A stretch of DNA of 64,000 nt from Octopus vulgaris (GCA_951406725.2 OX597817.1:145576001-145640000), one strand, 5' to 3'; shown: positions 1 through 12,084, numbered from the stretch's first letter. Numbers and translations: made by a program. The notes: generated by a model from the letters alone, not told the origin.

Positions 1-611
1 CAACTGCAACATAGTGTAAACACACATACACACACTCAGATATAAGCAGAATGGGCTTCTTTCAGTTTCTGTCTACCAAATCCACTTGCAACACTTTAGT
101 CAGCCTGGGAATGTACAGTGTGTTTAGGAAGTAAATTTTTAATCACTTAGTCATACTATATGTATGTACATCATTTTTCTTTGTGTATGTGTATGTGTTG
201 AATGGGTTTATGCTGTTGTTTTTTTTGGGGGGGGAGGGTGAGAGGTGTGTGTGTGTTGAGTGGGTTTATGCTGTTGTTTTTTATTTTATTTTTTTTTCAT
301 TTTGTCTTTTGTGAGAGGAAATGATACTAATACAGACACACACATACACGCCGAAATTTGCATTTATTAACATAGATGTATGTATTATGTGTACATTGTT
401 TTTGCTTGTGTGTGTGTTTTGTTTTGTGGAATGAAACCAGGAGCCTGTATGAGAACACACAGAAATTCACTTCTATCAATATAGATTTGTTCACCCTTGA
501 AAGGGTGAAAGGCAGAGTTTGGCATCAACAAGATTTGAACACAGAACAGAAAGGATTGTAACAAAAGACAAGGAATTTTGTCTCACACTCTAATGTTTAT
601 TCAAATCCATC

Positions 612-1073
612 CGTGCTAGCGGGGTGCAAAGAGCACCATACAAGTGTGATCGTTGACAGATCGGCTATTCGAGTATGATTGTTACCAGCATCGCCTTACT
701 GGCACTTATGCCTATGCTTGTAGGGTGCCAAGAACACCATCCAAGTGTGATTGTTGCCAGAGCAGCCAACTGGCTTCCGTACCCGTGGCACGTAAAAGGG
801 CACCATTCGAGCGCGATCGATACCAACATCGCTTTACTGGCACGTGTATGAGTGAGGTCATTGCCAGTACTGCCTGACTGGCCCCCGTGCAGGTGGCACG
901 TAAAAAGCACCCACTACACTCTCGGAGTGGTTGGCGTTAGGAAGGGCATCCAGCTGTAGAAACTCTGCCAGATCAAGACTGGAGCCTGGTGCAGCCATCT
1001 GGTTGCCAGCCCTCAGTCAAATCGTCCAACCCATACTAGCATGGAAAACGGACGTTAAATGATGATGATGATC
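612..1073 (+). mobile_element. SINE-like retroposon, (GAT)n-tailed family C, 5'-truncated; representative of many copies
   Basis: Core GAGTGGTTGGCGTTAGGAAGGGCATCCAGCTGTAGAAAC...CCAACCCATGCTAGCATGGAAAGCGGACGTTAAA(TGA)n recurs at about 6297-6672(-), 13900-14683(+), 19248-19670(-), 20540-20945(-), 33697-33960(-), 37030-37270(+), 38295-38648(+), 45983-46310(-), 48510-48780(+), 50960-51280(-), 51973-52250(-), 54760-55050(+). Confidence 0.85.
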
Positions 1074-2958
1074 AGTTTCGTATCTTAATATCACCTTCAT
1101 CATTTTATGTCTGTTCTCATTCAGGGTTAATACTCGCCATGATGTGTTGGAGCATCATATCTCACATGTAGAATTTATTTAAGCATGGTTTCTATGACTA
1201 CATGTCCTTAACACCAACCACCTCACAGAATGTATTGTGTGTATTTTATCATAGCACCAGCACTAGAGAGGTTGTCCTCAAATGACTCTACCAACCAACA
1301 ATTCTATTATTATGAATAGTAAGAAAAATGCTTACATGTTACAGTTATGTATCAACAGAATTTTAAACAAAATATAAACAGCTGGGTATTAAGAAAGTAA
1401 GCCCTTACTATTGTTTTGTGTGTGAATGAGACAGAAAAAAGAAAAATAATGTGAGAGAGAGAGAAAGGAAGGAAGAAAGAGAGAGAATTTTGTAAGTGTG
1501 CTTTACACGTTGAGACCAAACCGTTTTAGTGATATCAAACATGGTATTTGTCTAGATTATGGTAAAATATAAGAACGCCTGGCTGCAGATGTTAATCTCC
1601 TATTTCATATCTCTCAGGGATCAATACAAACATTAGTTAATGTATATTTAATATGTTCATTTACTATTATGTTGTGGTAAAATGGCTATTGAATTCTGAA
1701 ATAACATTCTCATGAATTTGAAATCTATGTTAATTTGATGTAATGGGTGCCAAATAAATTCTGAAATGTAAATGTGATTATAAGTTAATGACCATTTTTT
1801 CTGCTGAGAGCTTATATGCCCCAGTATTAGACTATTTTTTATAGTTCATACATGATGGAAACTTAATCATATTTACAAAATTTTCACTTGTCACTCTTTC
1901 TTAACTTACACAAAATATTAATAAGTAAATTTTACAAAGCTGATTAGTTACTACCTGTATACATTATACGACAGCTTTGTTTGTTATAATGAATTTTGGT
2001 TGTTTATTATATCTAATTATAACTAATAAAGAGATGAGATGGATAAAGAGGTCTCAAAATGCACTCTTTACACTCTTAAAATGGTTGGCAAATGTATGGA
2101 GATAGAGAACATTCCTTAGTTTTGATGAGAACATGGCAACCTCTCTAGTGCTGGCGCTATGGTAAAATGTATACAGTACATTTTGTAAGGGGCTGGTGTT
2201 AAGAAAGATATCCAGCCATAGAAACCATGCGTAAATAAATTGTACATGTGAGACATGGTGCTCCAACACATCATGGAGAGTATTAACCCTGAATGAGAAC
2301 TGATTTAGTCTGTGACAATCCATCCAAGCCAAGCCAGCATGGAAAACAGACATAAAATGATGAGGGTGATATTAAGATAGAAAACTGATGGATTTGAAAA
2401 GACATTAGAGTGCTAGACAAAATTCCTTGTCTTCTGTTACAGTCATTTCTGTTCCGTGTTCAAATCTCGCTGATGCCAACTCTGCCTTTGAAGGGTAAAC
2501 AAATCTATATCAATAAAAGTGAATATCTGTCTGTGTGTCCACGGGACTTCATGGCTTCTTCCCACAAAAACAAAAGTACAGGCACTTTGATGGAATTACT
2601 AAGACAAATGCCTTGTGGTGTTTGTTTTGGCTCTTTATGTTCTAAGCTCAAATCCTTTTGAAGTCAACTTTGATTTCATCTCTCTGGAAATGAGGAAATA
2701 TAGTACCAGTCAAATACTGGGGTAAGTAATATTGTCTAACCTTCTCTTCCAAAGCTTTCTAGCCTTTTGCCTATGCTAGGAATGACAACAGCAACAATAA
2801 TAACCCTTTCTACTATAGGCACAAGGCCTGAAATCTTGGGGAAGGTGGCTACTTGATTATATCAACCCCAGGACATGACTGGTACTTATCAACCCCAAAA
2901 AGATGAGAGTCAAAGTCAACCTCAGCAGAATTTGAACAACAACAATAATAATAATAAT

Positions 2959-3293
2959 ACTAAGAGCACTCAGAGAGTGAAAACCTCTGCCAAGGCAACA
3001 CTGTCCTCTCAACAATTAACTGGAGATGATTTTTAAAATGAGAATATCTGAAATAAACTCAACTGCTCTCAAAAACGAAGAAAAAAAAAAAAAAAAAACA
3101 GGAGAATAATCCAGAATCCTTGTCTGGTACCAGATTGATCCCAAAATCTAATCAGTTTGTGCCAGTCACAAGGCCAAACATCCCTGAAAGTTTCATCCAA
3201 ATCTATCCAATGGTCCTTGAGATATCTTTTCCATGGACAAACAAACAAACACGACTGAAAACAATACTTCCGCCTTGGCAAAGGCAAAGGTAA
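2959..3293. mobile_element. Non-autonomous Helitron/Helentron-like interspersed element
   Basis: Starts ACTAAG; subterminal inverted motif CTCTGCCAAGG / CCGCCTTGGC; ends GGTAA; architecture recalled from HINE-type elements. Confidence 0.45.
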
Positions 3294-3981
3294 TAATTCT
3301 TTCTACTATAAGCACAAGGCCAGAAAGTCTGAGGGATAAGGTTAGTGAATTACATCAACCCCAGTACTCAACCAATATTTTATTTGCTCAACCTTGAAAG
3401 GATGAAAATCAAAGTTAACCTCAGTAGGATTTGAACTCAAGAAGAGCTGAGAGAAATTCCATGAAGTATTTTGTCTAACATACTAATGGTTCTGCCAGTT
3501 CAACCCCTTAAATGGTTTCAAATTTTGACACAAAGCTGGTTGCTTTGAGAAGAGGGAATTAGTACCAGTGATCCCAGTACTTGAATTGTAGTTTACTTTG
3601 TCAACTCTGGACAAAGTTGATCCTGGTGGAATTTGAACTCAGAACATCATGCGTCAAAATACCACAGAACATTTTTTTCTGGCACTCTAATGGTTCTGCC
3701 AGCTCACTGCCTCAAGCATAATAATGATAATAATAATAGTAGTAGTAGAGTCAAAATTAAAATAAGTGTGCCATTGTCATCTAGTGAACTATATCTTCTG
3801 GAGGAGTTACCTCAATCCTTTATATATTAACCAAAATAAAGTAGATTGACAAATTTATTTTTTGAACAAAATGTTGAAATATCATTCACTAGATGACAAT
3901 GGCACTCTTCTTCTAATTTTTACTCTATATCTTCTGGAGGAGTTACCTCAATCCTTTATGTATTAATTAATAATAATAATA

Positions 3982-4480
3982 AGGTCCCTGAATAAGGGTT
4001 GTTTAAAGATGTTGAATGAAATATCCATGCTTCCAGAGGTGAATTATTCAAACCCCAAAGAATTCCTCTCAACACATGGCTATGATGCTCCCCCACTACT
4101 TCTGTTCATCACCAGAGATACACATATCGTCAGCCACCAAGGGACATGCTCAAGTGGTTATGGTCAAACAACTGACAAGCAAATCTGTGGAAGTGGGCAG
4201 AATATTTGTTGTAGCCCATCTTTTATACCAAGTTAAAACAATAAACATGACAACACTTCCATAACAAAAGCCATGAGAGCCACTGCCTAGTACTGCATCA
4301 GGGACTTTTTGAGTGGGATGGGCTACTCAACCTGAAGAAAATTCTAACTGGGCCCCACCTGCAAGGTCATGCACTGTTTATCTTGATATGAGATCACCAT
4401 GTCGCGCACATATGGTTGTGATGCATGTGCCTGGTGTATCAGACAGGTAGTCATGATGGGTATACTGGGCTTCATATATT
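3982..4480. mobile_element. Interspersed repeat family H, copy with an internally inverted first 320 bp
   Basis: Same sequence as 9466-10004, with 3986-4303 reverse-complemented. Confidence 0.8.
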
Positions 4481-4867
4481 GATTACATTGACCCCAATGC
4501 ATAACTGGTACTTATTTCATCGACCCCCAAAAGGATGAACGGCAAATTCAACCTCAGCAGAATTTGAACTCAGACAAAAACTGCTAAGCATTTCACCCGG
4601 CATGCTAACGATTCTTCCGGCTCATCGCCTTAATAATGATGATAATAATAATAATGATTTCAAATTTTTGCCACAAGGGTAGCTTGGGGGAGGGGGGGTT
4701 AAGTCGATTACATTGACCCTAGTGCGTAACTGGTACTTATTTAATCTACCCTGAAAGGATGAAAGGCAAAGTTGACCTCAGTGGAATTTGAACTCAGAAT
4801 GTAGTGACGGGTGAAATACCGCTAAGCATTTTGTCCAGCATGCTAATGACTCTGCCAGCTCCCCGTC

Positions 4868-4910
<43 letters not shown>

Positions 4911-6053
4911 CAATAATGTTTCTAATTTAGACACAAGGCCAGCAATTTTGAGAAGAGGGTGTTCAACAATACCATCAACTCTCATACTTTATTTCATCAA
5001 TCCTGCAAGGATGAAATACCAAGCTGACTTTGGCAGTTCTCATATGTAGACACAATATCTTAAATTTTACAGAATGAAACAGTTGATTATGTCAAGTCCA
5101 GTGCTTGTCTGGCACTAAAGAAAAAACAATAATAATAATAATAATAACAACTACGCCAGCAAATGAGGAAGCCTCTAGATAGCCATTCAAAACTTGTTAG
5201 AAATAGCAATTAAGTCTTTATCAAATCACATTCTGCTGTCTTGAATAAAATAAAAAAAAAAAAAAGGACACCTAGAATAATGTCAACTCACAAATGTCTG
5301 AAAGGACAGGATGGCCATGGTTAGAATGCTTTTGATCATATCTGCTCAAACAAGTTGACTTGGAGCTAAACAACAGCAATAATTTTAGTGTATGAACAGA
5401 ACTAGTTGAGATTTTAAATATCCTGTAGCAGCTTACCCTAATAACCTTTCCAACCAATTAACAATTGCAAAATGTCAAATCATTTATCAAGAGTCTTGTT
5501 TTTAAACATTTCTAGTTTGGCTCTATATCAGATTTATAATTCTAGTGGCTCTCTCTCTCTCTCTCTCTCTCTCTTTTATTATATTTTTTATGCTAAACTT
5601 TTATTTCATGATTTGAAATTTTAATTTTTTTTTTTTTCCCCTCTCTTTTTGTCAAGTTCTGTTTGGGTTTTTTAAACAGTCATGTAGGCACAGGCATAGC
5701 CAAGTGGTTTTGGAGCTTGGTTTGCAACCCTTTGGTTTCTGGTTCGGTTCTACTATGGCCCTAGGCCAACAAATGCCTTACGAGTGAATTTAGTAGACAG
5801 AAACTGAACTGTGTGGAAATCTGTTGTATATATATTGTAATGTGTGTATATGTATGTATTTATATATGTGTGTATGTGTATATATATATATGATTTGATT
5901 TTGATTTGATTTTTCCAGTTTCAGCTAATGAGCTGTGGCCATGCTGGGGCACCACCATTTTATGTATATATGTGTGTGTGTATGTATGTATATATATATA
6001 TAATTAATATGAACAGCAGTTTCCAATGTTTCACCAAAAAAGAGAATTACAAA

Positions 6054-6902
6054 TGTCACTAAACATGACTAGGGTGTTAGGAAACACATACATTGCTAGA
6101 AATAAGAGCTAAAGTACTCTAATGCTGTAGTTAATGCACATGAATGAAAACATGCACTAACAGGGACCTTAATCATCTGAAAAATGCTGATGGAGAATTC
6201 TTAATACTGACGTCAGTATAAAATGCTGTTTATATTAATTTTATATACACACATTAGCAAATCATGAAATCACCCAATAATTTGGATAATGGAAATCATC
6301 ATCATCATCATCGTTTAACGTCCGTTCTCCATGCTAGCATGGGTTGGACGGTTCAACCGGGGATCTGGGAAGCCAGAAGGCTGCACCAGGCTCCAGTCTT
6401 ATCTGACAATGTTTCTACAGCTGGATGCCCTTCCTAACGCCAACCACTCTGTGAGTGTAATGGGTGCTTTTTACGTGCCATCCGCACAGGTGCCAGGCGA
6501 GGCTGGCAACGGCCACGGTCGGATTGGTGCATTTTACGTGCCACCAGCACGGAAGCCAGTCGAGGCGGCGCTGGCATCGGCCACAATTCGGATAGTGCTT
6601 TTTACGTACCACCAGTCCAGGGGTCCTGGCATCTTCCGGGTGCCAGTCATAGGATTGGTTCAATTTCGATAGCAATGCAAGTCCAGAAAAAGCCCAACAA
6701 TCAAGTGGGCTTAACTGATGAGGCAACTGAAATTGCCAAAACTGATGTGAGTATCAAGAAATCTCTATCAGCATTTTTCAGACAAGTAAGGTCCCTGTCA
6801 GTATGTTTTCATTCATGTGCATTAAGTACAACATTAGAGCACTTTAGTTCTTATTTCTAGCAATGTAGGTGTTTCCTAACACCCTAGTCACATTCAGTGA
6901 CA
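6054..6902. mobile_element. Inverted-repeat element (arms 6054-6217 and 6741-6902) with a hammerhead-like motif, interrupted by a family C SINE
   Basis: Arms of about 163 bp are reverse complements (TGTCACT...GACGTCAGT / ACTGATGTG...AGTGACA); CTGATGA-GGCAA-loop-TTGCC-AAAAC at 6715-6742. Confidence 0.7.
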
Positions 6903-6936
6903 ATTATATGTATGTATATGTATGTATATGTATGTA

Positions 6937-6976
<40 letters not shown>

Positions 6977-6977
<1 letters not shown>

Positions 6978-8219
6978 CAGGTCATCCCATAAGTTCTGTC
7001 CGAATTTTGAATAAAGAAAACAACTGATCAAATGTTGTATTTAATTGAAATTTAATCATCAATGTACTTTCCCTGATTATCTGTGAGTTCCTTCCATCTA
7101 TTTACAAACTTTTTAATCCCATCATTGTAAAATTCTTTTGGTTTCAAAGCGAAGAACTCTGAAATGTAGTTTCAACCTTCTCCTGGCTTGCGAAAGTTAT
7201 GTCCTCCAAATGTTTCTGTAAACAATGAAACAAATGGTAGTCTGAAGGAGCAAGGTCAGGAGAATAAGGTGGATGAGGAATTTTTTCCCAACCAAGCTCT
7301 TCAATCTTCTGTGATGTAGTCTTTGCAGTGTGGGGTCATGCATTGTCCTGATAAAACATCACTCCTTTCTGATTCACTAAAGCGGGTCTTTTTTTCTTCA
7401 AAGCTTGGTTCAAACTCTCTAATTGCTGACAGTAGACTTGAGCATTGATTGTTGCATGAGGTGGTAACAATTCAAAGTGAATTACTCCTTTGCAATCCCA
7501 CCAGATAGAGAGAAGAATCTTGGTTGTGGTTGAGCTTTTTCCCACTGTTTAAGATGTTTAACATTTCGATAGAAGATCCATTTTCCGTCACAAGTTTATC
7601 CAAAAAGGGTGAAATGAGTTCATGAGAATGGAGAGAAGAGCAGATGTCAACTTGGGATTTGCGGCTGCTTTTGGACAATTCACGAGGCACCCATTTTCCA
7701 AGTTTAGGAACCTTTCCAAGTTGTTGAAGATGATGATGAACTGTTGTATGGTTTGAACTAAGCCCTATTGCCAATTCTTCAACTGATAATGTGGGATTTT
7801 CTTCAAGTAATGCCTCAAGGAGCTTATCATCAAACTCAACTGGATGTCCTATTCGATCTTCATCTTCAAGGCTGAAATCTCCACTTCTGAATTTTGCAAA
7901 CCATCTTCTGCAAGTTCTTTCATTCAAGCATTCTTTCCCATAAACTGAGTGTGTGTTTTGAGTCACTTCGGCTGCAGTTTCCTTTTTTCTACTCATAAAG
8001 CATTATGTGCCTCAAATGCTCTTTGGATACTTCCATGTTAGAAAGGGTTTTATTCAAAGAAATTTTAATTCTATTATTCTGTAAAATAATATTTAATTAG
8101 TTTAAATGTACAGAAATGCATAAAAATAATTTTTAATTCCATTAGATATTCAAAAATACTATTAAATTTCATTCAGTTTTAAAAAGGTAAAATCGGACAG
8201 AACTTATGGGATGACCTTA
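6977..8219 (-). mobile_element. Near full-length mariner transposon with a dead transposase
   Basis: TIRs TCAGGTCATCCCATAAGTTCTGTCCGA / TCGGACAGAACTTATGGGATGACCTTA flanked by TA; transposase from ATG 8036 to stop 7052 with WVPREL, QDNA and HPPYSPDLAPSDYHLF motifs; frameshifts and stops present. Confidence 0.95.
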
Positions 8220-8961
8220 TATATGTATGTATGTGTGTGTGTGTACATATAGATATGTGTGTGTATTATTGTGCTTGTGGTTTTTCTCACCCCAGCCACC
8301 ACTTGACAAGTGCTAGTTTCTTTACATCCCTGTAACTTAGCTGATCAGCGAAAGAGACAGATTAAGTAAATACCAAACTTAAAAAGAGTAAGTACAAGGG
8401 TTGATTTCTTCAACTAAAACCTTTCAAGGCAGTGCCCCAGCATGGTCACAGCCCAATGACTCAGACAAATAAAACATATAGTGTCACTTGATAATTTGTG
8501 ATTTTTTTTGTTTATTTTGTCAAGTTTTGTTTGGGTTTAATAAGCAAAGACCGGAAACTGTCTCCTAATAATTTTTTTCTTTTTTTTTAACTTGGTTCAA
8601 AGTTCAGTTTTATAAGAGAAGAGATAAAAGGTAATAAAACAGATTTACAATGGGTTTTAATAAGTCTTTGTACTTTTCAGTGTCAACATGTATATTTATA
8701 TCTTATCTTAGGCACAGGTCTGGCTGTGAGGTGAAGCTTCAGTTCGGTCCCACTGCATGACACCTTGGGCAAGTGTATTCCAGTGTCCAACTGGTACTTA
8801 TTATATTGACCCCAAAAGGATGAAAGGCAAAGTGAACCTTGATAGAATTTGAACTCAAAACTGCTACTAAGCAGTTTGTCTGGCATGCTAATGATGCTGC
8901 TAGCTTGCTGTCTTTACTCTGCTCACCACAGAGTATTATCTTTTGTTATCTTTATTATTAA

Positions 8962-9428
8962 TCCTTTCTACTATAGGCACAAGGCCTGAAATTTTGGGGA
9001 AGGGAACTAGTCAATTACATTGACTTAGTACCTGACTGGTCTTAATTTATCGACCCTGAAAGGATGAAAGGTAAAGTCAACCTCGGTAGAATTTGAACTC
9101 AGAATGTAGCAACTGGCGAAATACCACTAAGCATTTCGTACAGCATGCTAATGATTCTGCCAGCTCGCCACCTTTATCTTTATTATTATTATTATTATCA
9201 TTATTATTAATAATAATCCTTTTTACTATAGGCACAAGGCCTGAAATTTGGTGGGAGGGAACTAGTCGATTACATTGACCCAGTGTTTCACTGGTACTTA
9301 ATTTATCACCTCCGAAAGGATGAAAGGCAGAGTCGACCTCAGCAGAATTTGAACTCAGAACATAGCAATGGGCAAAATACCACTAAGCATTTCATCCAGT
9401 TTGCTAACAATTCTGCCAGCTTGCTGTC

Positions 9429-9430
<2 letters not shown>
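8962..9430 (-). mobile_element. Two tandem tRNA-derived SINEs, family B; representative
   Basis: On the minus strand: GGCGAGCTGGCAGAATC...TTCTGAGTTCAAATTC (B box)...GCCTTTCATCCTTTC..GGTCGATAAATTAAGTACCAG; separated by (TTA)n; many further copies at 2.8-5.0, 10.0-13.0, 21.4-21.8, 30.8, 43.9 and 60.1 kb. Confidence 0.85.
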
Positions 9431-9465
<35 letters not shown>

Positions 9466-9467
<2 letters not shown>

Positions 9468-10004
9468 GCCCTGATGCAGTACCAGGCAGTGGCTCTCATG
9501 ACTTCTGATCTTAACTGATTGAAAGTGTTATCATGTACATTGTTTTGTCTTTGTATAAAAGATGGGCTACAGTAAATATTCTGCTCAATACCACAGATTT
9601 GCTTGTCAGTTGTTTGACCATAACCAGATGAGCATATCCCTTGGTGGCTTATGATATGTGTATCTCTAATCACGAGCAGAAGTAGTTGGGGAGCATCATA
9701 TCCATGTGTTGAGAAGAATTCTTTGGGGTTTGAATAACTCACCTCTTTTAACATGGGTATATTGTTCATCATCCTTAAACAAACCTTATTCAGGGACCTT
9801 TTAAGCAGGATGGATTACTCAAACTAGGCCCCACCTGCAAAGTCATGCACTGGTTATCTTGATATGAGGTCACTATGTCATACACATATGGTTGTGATGC
9901 ATGTGCCTGGTATACCCTTATCAGACAGGTAGTCATGATGGGTATATTGGGCTTCATCTCTTTGTACCCCAGTGTCTCTGATGGCATGCACTGCTCTCTC
10001 ACTC
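9466..10004. mobile_element. Interspersed repeat family H, about 540 bp, colinear copy in an (AAT)n tract
   Basis: High identity to 3982-4480; (AAT)n on both sides; ORFs 9404-9772 and 4009-4236 are the same repeat. Confidence 0.8.
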
Positions 10005-10200
10005 AGGAATAATAATAATTGTTTCTAATTTTGGCGTGAAGCCAGTAATTTTTTTTTGGGGGGGAGTTGATTACATCAACTCTAATACTTGACTGTTATA
10101 TATTTTATTGATTGTGAAAGGATGAAAGACAAAGTTCTTGCCAGCAGAATTCAAACTCAGAATGTAAATTGAAGAAATGCAACTAAGCATTTTCTCTGTT

Positions 10201-11160
10201 AGCAGAAGATATGGGTATAAATGCAGCTGAAATACTTAGTAAGGAAGGGTTTAACCAAAGAGTTGAGAAGAGAAATGATCCAGAAATGAGAATGCATGGT
10301 CAGTTTGAATGAGACACACAGGATATGAAGGATAAAACATCATGGGCATGGCTTAAGCAAGGTTATATGAAACATACCACTGAAAGCCTATGAATGCAGC
10401 ACAAGGCTAAGCTATTGCTACCAATTCTGTAAAATATAGCATGTACAAAACTTCTGACACCCAGAAATGCAAACTGTGGAAAGAATGTGGAAAATGTAAC
10501 CCACTTTATAAATGGTTGCAAGAGTTTTGTGCAAAAAGAATACAAGTGTTGCCATGATAAAATCTCTTTGTGCCTTCATTGGCTTTTAAGTCATAAATAC
10601 CAACATGAAATTGCAAAGAATTGGTATGAACATGTGGCTATCCATGTAATGCTGGAGGATGGGAAAGCAACAATATTCTGGGATTATTCTAAACTTAAAG
10701 TGAAGATAGTAAGACTGTTTGGAAAGTGAGAGAGTAATGTAAAAGTGATGCCAGTTGTGATTGGGGCATTAAGATCAATCCCACAAACTTCAAGTGGTTG
10801 GGAATTCAGTATTGCTAAGTGCTGCACACATTTCAAGGAAGGTATTATCTTTTCTAGTCTAGGCACAAAGCCCGAAACGGGGGGGGGGGGCAGTCGATTA
10901 GATCCCCCCCCCCCCAGTATGCAACCGGCACTTAATTTATTGACCCCGAAATGATGAAACGCAAAGTTGACCTATGCGGAATTTGAACTCAGAACATAAA
11001 GACAGGCGAAATACTGCTAAGCATTTCGCCCAGCCTGCTAACATTTCTGCCAGCTCGCCACCTTCAAGGAAAGTATTAGCTGTCTGCAGTCCTTGTTGTG
11101 ACTTGACAGATGACTAAATATCCTGCTGCAATTTTTATCTACACTGCGTGACAAAATAGT
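10201..11160 (+). mobile_element. R4/Dong-like (RLE-type) non-LTR retrotransposon 3' fragment, interrupted by a family B SINE
   Basis: Decayed MHGQF..SWAWLKQG..QKCKLxGKNVENVTHFINGC (CCHC knuckle)..HDK..LHW..WYEH..IFWDY..PVVIGALRSIP..RKVL; (AAT)n tail; SINE 10848-11064 flanked by the 14-bp TSD CAAGGAA(G/A)GTATTA. Confidence 0.8.
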
Positions 11161-11263
11161 AATAATAATAATAATAATAACAGCAATGTAATAATGATAA
11201 TAATTAGTAGTATTAGTTAGTAATAAATAAATGAATATTGTATTTGTATATAATCTTTTTTAG

Positions 11264-11386
11264 AATGAACCATCCAGTTATCCATGTTTCTTGGAATGAT
11301 GCTGTTAAGTACTGTAAATGGGCTGGCAAAAGGCTGCCAACTGAAGCAGAATGGGAGTATGCTTGTCGAGGTGGTTTATTACAAAG
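11264..11386 (+). CDS. SUMF1: SUMF1 (formylglycine-generating enzyme) internal coding exon, 123 nt
   Basis: ttttttag acceptor and AG|gtaac donor; translates (R)[40 protein letters not shown](R), containing the FGE-sulfatase hallmark [10 protein letters not shown]. Confidence 0.96.
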
Positions 11387-11508
11387 GTAACATTGAATTT
11401 TTTTGTATTTTGACATTTCTCTTCAATTTTTGTTGGCTTTACACTTCTCTATCTGCTGACTCTTTGTATGTCCCAGTTTTATAATAGGTACACTGTTCTT
11501 TAACTGTT

Positions 11509-11899
11509 GTAAAGACACAGTGTACCTATTTGTAAAGACACACTGTACCTATTTGTAAAGACACAGTGTACCTATTTGTAAAGACACAGTGTACCTATTT
11601 GTAAAGATACAGTGTACCTATTTGTAAAGATACAGTGTACCTATTTGTAAAGATACAGTGTACCTATTTGTAAAGATACAGTGTACCTATTTGTAAAGAT
11701 ACAGTGTACCTATTTGTAAAGATACAGTGTATCTATTTGTAAAGATACAGTGTACCTATTTGTAAAGATACAGTGTACCTATTTGTAAAGATACAGTGTA
11801 CCTATTTGTAAAGATACAGTGTATCTATTTGTAAAGATACAGTGTAACTATTTGTAAAGATACAGTGTATCTATTTGTAAAGATACAGTGTAACTATTT
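11509..11899. repeat. Minisatellite, 17 x 23 bp (GTAAAGAYACAGTGTACCTATTT)
   Basis: Direct count: period 23, span 391 bp. Confidence 0.95.
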
Positions 11900-12084
11900 G
11901 TTGTAAAGGGCAGCAGGTAGGACATTCAGATGTAAAACTCTGCCTTAGAAAAACCTTTTCAATTCATACCAGCATGGAAAAGTGGATGTAAAGTAATGAT
12001 GCTGGTGGCAGTGGCAGCAGCAGTTGCAGTTTCGAGTGATGAAAATCTTGACACCATATATTTCTTTACTGCTCACAAGGGGCT

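Noticed and set aside
1-11263. Upstream SUMF1 exons (PWW...HPEG motif)
   Set aside because: Not found by eye in this interval; assumed to lie before the window, so not annotated.
11509-11899. CRISPR-like array
   Set aside because: Head-to-tail units with no unique spacers, in a eukaryotic intron, with no cas genes.
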